DNA of 63,993 bases, filler included, from Vicugna vicugna (lineage: Eukaryota), in the NCBI GenBank assembly GCA_013265495.1. It is 73 parts of 73 records of this genome, joined end to end, with 100 filler letters (N's around TTAATTAATTAA, not from the genome) between each part and the next. Parts side by side here need not be neighbours in the genome. Positions count along the whole stretch, not along the records: positions 1 to 579 come from PNXW01017450.1; positions 680 to 1,617 come from PNXW01017458.1; positions 1,718 to 3,151 come from MU061072.1; positions 3,252 to 4,653 come from MU061073.1; positions 4,754 to 5,543 come from PNXW01017465.1; positions 5,644 to 7,057 come from MU061074.1; positions 7,158 to 7,910 come from MU061076.1; positions 8,011 to 8,897 come from MU061077.1; 65 more parts are not named here. The stretch is one strand, 5' to 3'. Positions within the stretch are counted from its first letter, which is position 1. Each line of letters begins with the position of its first letter. Under the pieces are notes generated by a model. That model was not told where the DNA came from. It saw only the letters and a program-made list of their open reading frames with translations, and did not search any database. Shown here piece by piece: positions 1-11,580 of this stretch. The position numbers and the translations under genes were made by a program.

Positions 1-579
1 TGTTTTCTCTTTCTGTGTTGCTTCACTTAGAATGACATTCTCCAGGTCCATTGATGTTGATAAAAATGGCATTATTTTATTATTTTTTATGGGTGAATAG
101 TAGTCTATTGTACAAATATACTACAACCTGTTTATCCAGTCATCTGTCAGTGGACATTTAGGTTGTTTCCATGTCTTGTTAATGTAAATATTGCTGCTGT
201 GAATATTGGGGTGTGGGTGTGTTTTTGAATTACGGTTCCTTCTGGATATATGCCCAGCAGTGGGATTGCTGGGTCATATGGGAGGTCAATTTTTTGTCTT
301 TTGAGGAACCTCTATACAGTTTTCCACAATGGCTCCAACAAACTGCATTCCCACCACAGGGTAAGAGGGTTCCATATTCTCCACAGCCTCTCCAGCATTT
401 ATTGTTTGTGAACTTCTGAATGATGGCTATTCTGACTATATTCTGACTGGTGCAATGTGATATTTGATTGCAGTTTTGATTTGAATTTCTCTGATAATGA
501 TATTGAGCATTTTTTCATGTGCCAATTGGCCATCTGTATGTCTTCATTGGAGAAATGTTTCTTTAGGTCTTCTGCCCAT
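1..579 (-). mobile_element. LINE-1 ORF2 C-terminal / 3' region fragment
   Basis: Typical antisense L1 text: cttcacttagaatgacattctccaggtcca, tggacatttaggttgtttccatgtcttg, cagcagtgggattgctgggtcatatgg, catctgtatgtcttcattggagaaatg. Confidence 0.9.
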
Positions 580-679
580 NNNNNNNNNNNNNNNNNNNNN
601 NNNNNNNNNNNNNNNNNNNNNNNTTAATTAATTAANNNNNNNNNNNNNNNNNNNNNNNNNNNNNNNNNNNNNNNNNNNN
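580..679. other. Artificial scaffold-joining spacer (44 N + TTAATTAATTAA + 44 N); first of about 72 identical spacers
   Basis: The same palindromic 12-mer, with stops in all six frames, sits centred in a 100-bp N block throughout (core at 624, 1662, 3196 ... 63773). Sequence class often changes abruptly across it. Confidence 0.98.
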
Positions 680-1617
680 GCCTCTGACACTGGGATATCC
701 TGCAATCTCCCCTAGCATTCCCTCATACAGAGAAATTTGGAAAAGCCTCTGGGGAGACGAGCTTAGGCATTCCGTTAGAACCCACTCACTGCAGACCGTT
801 GGTGGTACCTCCCCTCGCTCAGGATTCCGGAAACATTGTCAGTGCGTGGGGGAGCTCGAGAGACAATTCCACGCAGCTCTCTTCATTCACACGTGTTCCC
901 TGTTCGGGCAAGTCCGAGAAAAATCTTGCCTGAACTTGGGGAGGCAGCCTCTGACACTGGGATATCCTGCAATCCCCCCTAGCATTCCCTGGCACAGAGA
1001 TATTAGGGAAACACTCAGGGGAGACGAGCATAGGCATTACGTTAGAACCAACGCGCTGCCGACCGTTGGTGGAACCTCCCCACGCTCAGGATTCCGGAAC
1101 CATTGTCAGTGCATGGGGGAGCACGAGAGACAAATCCACGCTGCTCTCTTCAGTCACAGGTGTTCCCTGTTCGGGGAAGTCAGAGAAATAACTTCCCTGA
1201 CCATTGGGGAGGCAGCCACTGAGCCTGGGATATCCTGCAATCACCCCTAGCATTCCCTGGCACAGAGACATTAGGAAAACCCTCATGGGAGACGAGCCTA
1301 TGCATTCCGTTAAAATCCACGCGCTGCCGACCGTTGGTGGAACCTCCCCACGCTCAGGATTCCGGAATCATTGTCAGTGCGTGGGGGAGTTCGAGAGACA
1401 ATACCACGCAGCTCTCTTCATTCACACGTGTACCTGTTCGGGCCGAGAAAAAACTTGCCTGACCTTGGGGAGGCAGCCTCGGTCATTGGGATATCCTGCA
1501 ATCACCCCTAGCATTCTCTGGCACAGAGACATTATGAAAACACTCATGGGAGACGAGTTTAGGCATTCCGTAAAACAACGCGCTGACGACCGTTGGTGGA
1601 ACCTCCCCACGCTCAGG
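680..1617 (+). repeat. 267-bp GC-rich tandem satellite (family A), about 3.5 monomers
   Basis: gcctctgacactgggatatcctgcaatc at 680 and 947 gives period 267; core gttggtggaacctccccacgctcaggattccgg recurs. Confidence 0.96.
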
Positions 1618-1717
1618 NNNNNNNNNNNNNNNNNNNNNNNNNNNNNNNNNNNNNNNNNNNNTTAATTAATTAANNNNNNNNNNNNNNNNNNNNNNNNNNN
1701 NNNNNNNNNNNNNNNNN

Positions 1718-3151
1718 TGTCAGTGCGTGGGAGAGCTCGAGAGACAACTCCACGCAGCACTCATAAGTCACAGGTGTTCCCTGTCCGAGGAAGTCTAGAA
1801 ATACTTTCCCTGAACTTGGGAGGCAGCCTCTGTCCCTGGGATATCCTGCAAACACCCCGAGCATTCTCTGGCACAGAGACATTAAGAAAAACCTCAGGGG
1901 AGACGAGCTTCGGCATTCCGTTAGAACCCAAGCGCCTCCGACCGTTGGTGGAACCTCCCCACGCTCAGGATTCCGGAAACATTGTCAGTGCGTGGGGGAG
2001 CTCGAGAGACAACTCCACGCAGCTCTCTTCAGTCACAGGTGTTCCCTGTTCNNNNNNNNNNNNNNNNNNNNNNNNNNNNNNNNNNNNNNNNNNNNNNNNN
2101 NNNNNNNNNNNNNNNNNNNNNNNNNNNNNNNNNNNNNNNNNNNNNNNNNNNNNNNNNNNNNNNNNNNNNNNNNNNNNNNNNNNNNNNNNNNNNNNNNNNN
2201 NNNNNNNNNNNNNNNNNNNNNNNNNNNNNNNNNNNNNNNNNNNNNNNNNNNNNNNNNNNNNNNNNNNNNNNNNNNNNNNNNNNNNNNNNNNNNNNNNNNN
2301 NNNNNNNNNNNNNNNNNNNNNNNNNNNNNNNNNNNNNNNNNNNNNNNNNNNNNNNNNNNNNNNNNNNNNNNNNNNNNNNNNNNNNNNNNNNNNNNNNNNN
2401 NNNNNNNNNNNNNNNNNNNNNNNNNNNNNNNNNNNNNNNNNNNNNNNNNNNNNNNNNNNNNNNNNNNNNNNNNNNNNNNNNNNNNNNNNNNNNNNNNNNN
2501 NNNNNNNNNNNNNNNNNNNNNNNNNNNNNNNNNNNNNNNNNNNNNNNNNNNNNNNNNNNNNNNNNNNNNNNNNNNNNNNNNNNNNNNNNNNNNNNNNNNN
2601 NNNNNNNNNNNNNNNNNNNNNNNNNNNNNNNNNNNNNNNNNNNNNNNNNNNNNNNNNNNNNNNNNNNNNNNNNNNNNNNNNNNNNNNNNNNNNNNNNNNN
2701 NNNNNNNNNNNNNNNNNNNNNNNNNNNNNNNNNNNNNNNNNNNNNNNNNNNNNNNNNNNNNNNNNNNNNNNNNNNNNNNNNNNNNNNNNNNNNNNNNNNN
2801 NNNNNNNNNNNNNNNNNNNNNNNNNNNNNNNNNNNNNNNNNNNNNNNNNNNNNNNNNNNNNNNNNNNNNNNNNNNNNNNNNNNNNNNNNNNNNNNNNNNN
2901 NNNNNNNNNNNNNNNNNNNNNNNNNNNNNNNNNNNNNNNNNNNNNNNNNNNNNNNNNNNNNNNNNNNNNNNNNNNNNNNNNNNNNNGCTGCCGACCGTTG
3001 GTGGAACCTCCCCACGCTCAGGATTCCGGAACCATTGTCAGTGCGTGGGGAATCTCGAGAGACAACTCCATGTAGCTCTCTTAAGTCACAAGTGTTCCCT
3101 GTACGTGGAAGTACGAGAAAAACCTTCCCTGACCTTGGGGAGGCAGCATCT
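1718..3151 (+). repeat. 267-bp satellite A (gapped scaffold)
   Basis: Same monomer motifs on both sides of the internal N gap. Confidence 0.95.
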
Positions 3152-3251
3152 NNNNNNNNNNNNNNNNNNNNNNNNNNNNNNNNNNNNNNNNNNNNTTAAT
3201 TAATTAANNNNNNNNNNNNNNNNNNNNNNNNNNNNNNNNNNNNNNNNNNNN

Positions 3252-4653
3252 ATTCCGGAACAATTGTCAGTGCGTGGGGGAGCTCGAGATAAAACTACAC
3301 GCAGCTCTTTTCAGTCACAGGTTTTCCCTATTCGGGGAAGTCCGGGAAATACATTCCCTGACCTTGGGGAGGCAGCCTCGGTCACTGGGATATCCTGCAA
3401 TCAACCCTAGCATTCCCTGGCATAGGGACNNNNNNNNNNNNNNNNNNNNNNNNNNNNNNNNNNNNNNNNNNNNNNNNNNNNNNNNNNNNNNNNNNNNNNN
3501 NNNNNNNNNNNNNNNNNNNNNNNNNNNNNNNNNNNNNNNNNNNNNNNNNNNNNNNNNNNNNNNNNNNNNNNNNNNNNNNNNNNNNNNNNNNNNNNNNNNN
3601 NNNNNNNNNNNNNNNNNNNNNNNNNNNNNNNNNNNNNNNNNNNNNNNNNNNNNNNNNNNNNNNNNNNNNNNNNNNNNNNNNNNNNNNNNNNNNNNNNNNN
3701 NNNNNNNNNNNNNNNNNNNNNNNNNNNNNNNNNNNNNNNNNNNNNNNNNNNNNNNNNNNNNNNNNNNNNNNNNNNNNNNNNNNNNNNNNNNNNNNNNNNN
3801 NNNNNNNNNNNNNNNNNNNNNNNNNNNNNNNNNNNNNNNNNNNNNNNGTTCCCTGTTCGGGGAAGTCCGGGAAATACCTTCCCTGACCTTGGGGAGGCAG
3901 CCTCGGTCACTGGGATATCCTGCAATCACCCCTAGCATTCCCTGGCACACAGAGTTAAGGAAAATCCTGACGGGAGACGAGCTTTGGCATTCCGTTAAAC
4001 TCACGCGCTGTCGACCGTTGGTGGAACCTCCCCACGCTCAGGATTCCGGAAACATTGTCAGTGCGTGGGGGAGCCCGAGAGACAACTCCACGCAGCTCTC
4101 TTCAGTCACAGGTGTTCCCTGTTCGGGGAAGTCCGGGAAAAACATTCCCAGACCTTGGGGAGGCAGCCTCNNNNNNNNNNNNNNNNNNNNNNNNNNNNNN
4201 NNNNNNNNNNNNNNNNNNNNNNNNNNNNNNNNNNNNNNNNNNNNNNNNNNNNNNNNNNNNNNNNNNNNNNNNNNNNNNNNNNNNNNNNNNNNNNNNNNNN
4301 NNNNNNNNNNNNNNNNNNNNNNNNNNNNNNNNNNNNNNNNNNNNNNNNNNNNNNNNNNNNNNNNNNNNNNNNNNNNNNNNNNNNNNNNNNNNNNNNNNNN
4401 NNNNNNNNNNNNNNNNNNNNNNNNNNNNNNNNNNNNNNNNNNNNNNNNNNNNNNNNNNNNNNNNNNNNNNNNNNNNNNNNNNNNNNNNNNNNNNNNNNNN
4501 CGAGCTTAGGCATTTCGTTAGAACCCACGCGCTGCCGACCGTTGGTGGAACCTCCCCAAGCTCAGGATTCTGGAACCATTGTCAGAGCGTGGAGGATCTC
4601 GAGAGATAACTCTTCGCAGCTCTCTTGAGTCACAGGTGTTCCCTGATTGGGGA
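3252..4653 (+). repeat. 267-bp satellite A (gapped scaffold)
   Basis: Same monomer motifs in three sub-contigs. Confidence 0.95.
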
Positions 4654-4753
4654 NNNNNNNNNNNNNNNNNNNNNNNNNNNNNNNNNNNNNNNNNNNNTTA
4701 ATTAATTAANNNNNNNNNNNNNNNNNNNNNNNNNNNNNNNNNNNNNNNNNNNN

Positions 4754-5543
4754 TGGTGATAGGAAAAACTTATGAAGTCAGAGTAAATAATTCTAAGTTT
4801 ATATATGCATTATTTGGTGTATGAAAGTTCAGTAATCCACATGCTCACAAGTCAGAAACGCATGATTGCCGAATCCTTAATGCATGTATCATGTACGGAA
4901 CCCGGAATGCCATGTTGATGGAATTCATGTAAATTACATACTTTTAGGTGGAAATCGCTCCACAAATTTTTTTTTGAAAAATGCACGAATTCGAACCTGG
5001 TTTTAGGGAAAGCTTGTAAAAATGTTTACACGTGTCTAGATGAAAATATTCCTTTTATAGAGGATGAAAGATTAGTAATCCGCATGCTCTCAACTCAAGA
5101 ATTTATGTTTGTCATATCCGTCATGTATGTAGCATGTGAGAAACACAGAATATCATGTAGATGGAATCCATTCTAATTACATATCTCAAGGGAAGAATTC
5201 GCTTAAAGAGGGTTTTTGTGGGATCAAAGTGTGATTCTTGAAACTGGTGATAGGAAGAAGCTACAAAGTCAAAGTAAATATTTCAGAGTGCAACGGTAAC
5301 TTCTTTGGTGGTTGAAACATCAGTCATGTGCATGTTCACAACTCAGAAATGCATGTTTGAGGAATCCGTGATGCATGAAACATGCTCGTAATACGGAATG
5401 CCATGGTTATGTAAACAATGTAAATTACATGTTTATTGATGAGAATTCGCTGAAAGAGTGTTTTCTGGTGTCAAATGTCTGATTTTAGAACCTGATGTTA
5501 GGAAAAATCTATGAAGTCAGAGTAAATATTTCTAAGTTTACAT
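4754..5543 (+). repeat. AT-rich satellite (family C): ~739-bp unit of three diverged ~246-bp subunits
   Basis: gaagtcagagtaaat at 4774 and 5513 gives period 739. Paralogous catgctcacaagtcag / catgctctcaactcaag / catgttcacaactcag at about 4840, 5082 and 5331. Confidence 0.9.
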
Positions 5544-5834
5544 NNNNNNNNNNNNNNNNNNNNNNNNNNNNNNNNNNNNNNNNNNNNTTAATTAATTAAN
5601 NNNNNNNNNNNNNNNNNNNNNNNNNNNNNNNNNNNNNNNNNNNGGGTCTGACAGATGAGCCATCTCAGTTCCTCTTACTAGTTGTTTAGTTGGAGGATCT
5701 GGGTATTTGGGTGACCTGCAAGTGTCAGGAAATAGTACACGAGGGCTTTGTAGATTTTCTGGTCTGGTGTTAACTCACCCCATTGTAGCTGTTGTGCAAG
5801 GAAACAAAATTTGGTGGACAACAGGCCATGGCCT

Positions 5835-6079
5835 CTGCTCCCTGGTGGAGCCAGGAGATTACAATGTTAAGAACGACTGCGGGGGCATAATTTCTATGTT
5901 GAGAGGCCAGATGGCCTTACATATCTCTCATACTGGATGTCTAAGTTGCAAAGGGAAACTGGATTTCATCCAGCTCTCCAGCCAAGGAGGAGACCACAAG
6001 AGGCCTCCCCCACCAACTGTGAGCTCTTTGCCTCCACTGACAGCAGCATCTATAGCAAAAAGCTGGGCTGCCACCTGCG
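5835..6079 (-). repeat. Dispersed repeat (LTR-like), paralogue of 60439-60683
   Basis: Reverse complement aligns colinearly with 60439-60683; homology ends at the same point in both copies. Confidence 0.7.
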
Positions 6080-6860
6080 TTTCCGTGTAAACATCNNNNN
6101 NNNNNNNNNNNNNNNNNNNNNNNNNNNNNNNNNNNNNNNNNNNNNNNNNNNNNNNNNNNNNNNNNNNNNNNNNNNNNNNNNNNNNNNNNNNNNNNNNNNN
6201 NNNNNNNNNNNNNNNNNNNNNNNNNNNNNNNNNNNNNNNNNNNNNNNNNNNNNNNNNNNNNNNNNNNNNNNNNNNNNNNNNNNNNNNNNNNNNNNNNNNN
6301 NNNNNNNNNNNNNNNNNNNNNNNNNNNNNNNNNNNNNNNNNNNNNNNNNNNNNNNNNNNNNNNNNNNNNNNNNNNNNNNNNNNNNNNNNNNNNNNNNNNN
6401 NNNNNNNNNNNNNNNNNNNNNNNNNNNNNNNNNNNNNNNNNNNNNNNNNNNNNNNNNNNNNNNNNNNNNNNNNNNNNNNNNNNNNNNNNNNNNNNNNNNN
6501 NNNNNNNNNNNNNNNNNNNNNNNNNNNNNNNNNNNNNNNNNNNNNNNNNNNNNNNNNNNNNNNNNNNNNNNNNNNNNNNNNNNNNNNNNNNNNNNNNNNN
6601 NNNNNNNNNNNNNNNNNNNNNNNNNNNNNNNNNNNNNNNNNNNNNNNNNNNNNNNNNNNNNNNNNNNNNNNNNNNNNNNNNNNNNNNNNNNNNNNNNNNN
6701 NNNNNNNNNNNNNNNNNNNNNNNNNNNNNNNNNNNNNNNNNNNNNNNNNNNNNNNNNNNNNNNNNNNNNNNNNNNNNNNNNCCAAGACTCTCTGCTCTCT
6801 GGAGGTTGATTCTCAACCCTGACTGCTCGGTAGAGCTAATGTCTAAAAACAAAAAAAGGT

Positions 6861-6975
6861 GGGGAGGGTTCGGCTCAGTGTTAGAGCATGTGCTTAGCAT
6901 GAAAGAGGTCCTGGGTTCAATTCCCAGTACCTCAATTAAAATAAATAAATCTAACTATCCCCCCCAAAAAGGAAA
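6861..6975 (+). mobile_element. tRNA-derived SINE (camelid Vic-1-like), apparently inserted in a MER5-like DNA transposon remnant
   Basis: ggggagggttcggctcagtgttagagcatgtgcttagcatg (A box) ... gggttcaattcccagtacctc (B box) plus A-rich tail. Flanks ttctcaaccctgactgc and tattttttaaaggctcccagatg resemble MER5. Confidence 0.85.
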
Positions 6976-7157
6976 ACAGTGTTTAAAAAACAATAAACAA
7001 TACAAAGACCCAACTCCAGGCTGTGGTGCACTATTTTTTAAAGGCTCCCAGATGCTTNNNNNNNNNNNNNNNNNNNNNNNNNNNNNNNNNNNNNNNNNNN
7101 NTTAATTAATTAANNNNNNNNNNNNNNNNNNNNNNNNNNNNNNNNNNNNNNNNNNNN

Positions 7158-7910
7158 GAGAGACAACTCCACGCAGCTCTCTCCAGTCACAGGTGTTCCC
7201 TTCTTGGGGAAGTCTGAGAAAAATCTTCCCTGACCTTGGGGTGGCAGCCTCGGTCACTGGGANNNNNNNNNNNNNNNNNNNNNNNNNNNNNNNNNNNNNN
7301 NNNNNNNNNNNNNNNNNNNNNNNNNNNNNNNNNNNNNNNNNNNNNNNNNNNNNNNNNNNNNNNNNNNNNNNNNNNNNNNNNNNNNNNNNNNNNNNNNNNN
7401 NNNNNNNNNNNNNNNNNNNNNNNNNNNNNNNNNNNNNNNNNNNNNNNNNNNNNNNNNNNNNNNNNNNNNNNNNNNNNNNNNNNNNNNNNNNNNNNNNNNN
7501 NNNNNNNNNNNNNNNNNNNNNNNNNNNNNNNNNNNNNNNNNNNNNNNNNNNNNNNNNNNNNNNNNNNNNNNNNNNNNNNNNNNNNGAGACGAGCTTAGGC
7601 ATTCCGTTAGAACCCACGCGCTGCCGACCGTTGGTGGAACCTCCCCACGCTCAGGATTCCGGAAACATTGTGAGTGCGTGGGGGAGCTCGAGAGATATCT
7701 CCACAAAGCTCTCTTTAGTCACAGGTGTTCCCTGTTCGGGGAAGTCCAAGATATACCTTCCCTGATCTTGGGGATGAAGCCTCGGACACTGGTATACCCT
7801 GCAATCACCCCTAGCATTCCCTGGCAAAGAGACATTAGGAAAATTCTCAGGGGAGACGAGGTTAAGCATTCCGATAGAACACACGCGCTGCAACCGTTGG
7901 TGGAACCTCC
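7158..7910 (+). repeat. 267-bp satellite A
   Basis: Monomer motifs as at 680-1617. Confidence 0.95.
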
Positions 7911-8239
7911 NNNNNNNNNNNNNNNNNNNNNNNNNNNNNNNNNNNNNNNNNNNNTTAATTAATTAANNNNNNNNNNNNNNNNNNNNNNNNNNNNNNNNNN
8001 NNNNNNNNNNACAACAAGAGAACATGAAAGCCCATGGGTGTGATTCAACCTTACACGTGAATTGGTGATTGATTATACCCCCATCGTAAAGTTGTCGTCC
8101 CGTGTGTCCCTGGATAGCTGAGGACCGTTTCTAACAAGATTCTCCCTGAAAAGCATGAAGTGATCTTTTTCCTACCAATCAGTCCTAGAGTTAGGGAAAG
8201 TGTCTGTAAAATAAATATAAGTAGACAGCACAATAGGGT

Positions 8240-8380
8240 GGACAGGAAGTACGCCTTGGAGTCAGGGAGACATAGGGGCTTAAATCCCAAAATATCTCTT
8301 GGCAACCATGCAACTTTGGGGAAAGTGGTGTTCCCTCTCTGAGTCTCGATTTCACACCTGTAAAATAGGTTGTAAAGAGC
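8240..8380 (+). mobile_element. MIR SINE remnant
   Basis: ttggagtcaggga...cttaaatccca...actttggggaaagt...cctctctgagtctcgatttcacacctgtaaaatagg matches the MIR core. Confidence 0.7.
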
Positions 8381-8708
8381 ACAGAACTAAAAAAGGCATG
8401 TTAAANNNNNNNNNNNNNNNNNNNNNNNNNNNNNNNNNNNNNNNNNNNNNNNNNNNNNNNNNNNNNNNNNNNNNNNNNNNNNNNNNNNNNNNNNNNNNNN
8501 NNNNNNNNNNNNNNNNNNNNNNNNNNNNNNNNNNNNNNNNNNNNNNNNNNNNNNNNNNNNNNNNNNNNNNNNNNNNNNNNNNNTTTTTTTTTTCATCTGT
8601 ATGAACCTATGTCACATGACACACTAAAGAAACAAAATTCCCTCAAGGTTTTTAAAGTTATTAAAATGTACAGATCTGGTGAAGGATGGTGTCAAAAACA
8701 AACGACCA

Positions 8709-8757
8709 CCAGAAATTGACACAACATTGTAAACTGACTATACTTCAATAAAAAAGT
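8709..8757 (+). mobile_element. Strongly 5'-truncated L1 3' terminus
   Basis: cagaaattgacacaacattgtaaactgactatacttcaataaaaaa resembles a cetartiodactyl L1 3' end with AATAAA and A tail. Confidence 0.7.
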
Positions 8758-8997
8758 AATTAATTAATTTAAAATCTAAAAACAACTTACAAGTTGCTTC
8801 CGTAAGATGCTAGGGAGGGATGGCAGTGTGATGCTGAGAGGTTGATGATATGCAAATCCTCTGCCAAATTCTAGCTCCTGGACCTCCTCCAATTTATNNN
8901 NNNNNNNNNNNNNNNNNNNNNNNNNNNNNNNNNNNNNNNNNTTAATTAATTAANNNNNNNNNNNNNNNNNNNNNNNNNNNNNNNNNNNNNNNNNNNN

Positions 8998-9679
8998 ATT
9001 TTAGAACCTGGTGATAGAAAAATCTATGGAGTCAGAGTAAATGATTCTAAGTTTATATACGCATTGTTTGCTGAATGAAAGGTCAGTAATCCACAAGCTC
9101 ACAAGTCAGAAACGTATGATAGCCGATCCGTCATACATGTAGCATGTACGGAACCTGGAATGCCATGTTGTTGGAATTCATGCAAATTATATATCTGTTA
9201 GGAGGAAATCGCTCCAGAACTAATTTTCTGTGGAAAATGCACAAATTCAAACTTGGCGTTACGGAAAGTTTGTGAAAATGTGTACACGTGTCTAGATGAA
9301 TATATTCCTTTTATAGAGGGTGAAAGATTAATAATCCACATGCTCTCCACTCAGGAATGCATGTTTGTCAAATCCGTCATGTATGTAGCTTGTACGGAAC
9401 ACGGAATATAATGTAGATGGAATCTATTCAATTTACATATCTCTTGGGTAGAATTGGCTCCAAGAGGGTTTTTCTGGGATCAAAGTGTGATTCTTGAAAN
9501 NNNNNNNNNNNNNNNNNNNNNNNNNNNNNNNNNNNNNNNNNNNNNNNNNNNNNATGTTCATAAAAATCAATGGTTATGTAAACAATGTAAATTACATGAG
9601 TATTCGTGAGAATTCGCTCAAAGAGTGTTTTCTGGTGCCAAATGTCCGATTTTAGAACCTGGTGATAGGAAAAGAAAAA
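8998..9679 (+). repeat. Satellite C (739-bp trimer)
   Basis: Colinear with 4754-5543. Confidence 0.92.
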
Positions 9680-9779
9680 NNNNNNNNNNNNNNNNNNNNN
9701 NNNNNNNNNNNNNNNNNNNNNNNTTAATTAATTAANNNNNNNNNNNNNNNNNNNNNNNNNNNNNNNNNNNNNNNNNNNN

Positions 9780-10647
9780 ATGTAGAATACAGAATATAGA
9801 ACACAGAATATAGAATATAGAATATATAATACAGAATATAAAAATTTGAATACAGAATTCAGAACCCAGAATTGAGAAAATGGAATGCAGAACAAAATGT
9901 AGAATATAGAATACAGAATACAGAATATAGAATGTCGAATACAGAATGTAGAACACAGATTATAGAATATATAATACAGATTACAGAACCCAGAATTTAG
10001 ACATGGAATGCAGAAAAAAGAATATAGAATTTAGAATACAGAAAACAGAATATAGAATGTAGAATATAGAATGAGGAACCCAGAATTTAGAACATGGAAT
10101 GCAGAAAGCAATTTAGAATATAGAATACAGAATACTGAATACAGAATGTAGAATACAGAATGTAGAACACAGAATATAGAATATAGAATGAAGATTTCAG
10201 AACCCAGAGTTTAGAAATGGAATGCAGAACACAGAATATAGAATACAGATTTCAGTACCCAGAATTTAGTCATGGATTGAAGAATAAAGAATATAGAATA
10301 GAGTACACAGAATATAAAATGTAGGATATAGAATGTAGAACACAGAATATAGAATATAGAATGCAGTATACAGAATACAGAATTTAGAACATGCGATTCA
10401 GAACAAAGAATTTAGAATATAGAGTACAGAATACAGAATTTACAATGTAGAATATAGAATGTAGAACACAGAATATAGAATATAGAATACAGAATATAGA
10501 ATATAGGATGAAGAAAACAGAAAGCAGAATACAGAATTTAGAACATAGAATGCAGAACACAATTTAGAATATAGAACACAGAATATAGAATATCGAATGT
10601 AAAATATAGAATGTATTACACAGAATATAGAATATAAAATACAGAAT
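9780..10647 (+). repeat. AGAATAY heptamer-based simple satellite (family D)
   Basis: Runs of AGAATAT/AGAATAC/AGAATGT/AGAACAC with a recurring landmark cagaatttagaacatggaatgcagaac. Confidence 0.93.
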
Positions 10648-10747
10648 NNNNNNNNNNNNNNNNNNNNNNNNNNNNNNNNNNNNNNNNNNNNTTAATTAAT
10701 TAANNNNNNNNNNNNNNNNNNNNNNNNNNNNNNNNNNNNNNNNNNNN

Positions 10748-11580
10748 CAGGAGTTCCCTGTGCGGGGAAGTCCGAGAAATACATTCCCTGACATTGCGGA
10801 GGCAGCCACTGTCACTGGGATATCCTGCAAACCCCCAGCATTCCCTTGCAGAGAGACATTAGGAAACTCTCAGGGGAGACGAGCTTAGGCTTTCCGTTAG
10901 AATCCACGCGCTGCCGACCATTGGTGGAACCTCCCCACGCTCAGGATTCCGGTACCATTGTCAGTGCGTGGGGGAGCTCGAGAGACAACTCCACGCAGCT
11001 CTCTTCAGTCACAGGAGTTCCCTGTGCGGGGAAGTCCGAGAAATACATTCCCTGACATTGCGGAGGCAGCCTCGGTCACTGGGATATCCTACAATCACCC
11101 CTAGCATTCCCTGGCACAGACACATGAGGAAAACACTCAGGGGAGACGAGATTATGCATTCCGAAACATCCCACGCACTGCCGACCGTTGGTGGAACCTC
11201 CCCACGCTCAGGATTCCGGNNNNNNNNNNNNNNNNNNNNNNNNNNNNNNNNNNNNNNNNNNNNNNNNNNNNNNNNNNNNNNNNNNNNNNNNNNNNNNNNN
11301 NNNNNNNNNNNNNNNNCTTGGGGAGGCAGCCTCTGACACTGGGATATCCTGCAAACCCCCCTTGAATTCCCTGGCACAGAGACATTAGGAAAATCCTCAG
11401 GGGAGACAAGCTTAGGCATTCCATAAAAACCCACGCGCTGCCGACCGTTGGTGGAACCTCCCCACGCTCAGGATTCAGGAACCATTGTCAGTGCGTGGGG
11501 GAGCTCGAGAGACAACTCATCCCAGCTCTCTTCATTCACAGGTGTTCCCTGATCGAAGAAGGCCGAGAAATACCTTCCCT
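10748..11580 (+). repeat. 267-bp satellite A (variant tgcggggaag / cattgcggagg)
   Basis: Monomer motifs with scaffold-specific variants. Confidence 0.95.

Noticed and set aside
624..635. Regularly recurring palindrome TTAATTAATTAA between variable ~0.4-1.5 kb segments (superficially CRISPR- or cassette-like)
   Set aside because: Always centred in 44+44 N with six-frame stops: an artificial concatenation linker. No adjacency across it is biological.
846..1665. Apparent multi-copy protein family MGELERQLHAALFSH...
   Set aside because: Translation of the 267-bp satellite; starts are mostly GTG, many copies have indels or stops, and there is no gene structure.
1723..3203. Long ORFs (300-450 aa) in the ORF track here and at 3274, 5928, 54965, 56899 and elsewhere
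   Set aside because: They consist mostly of X from N gaps plus satellite read-through.
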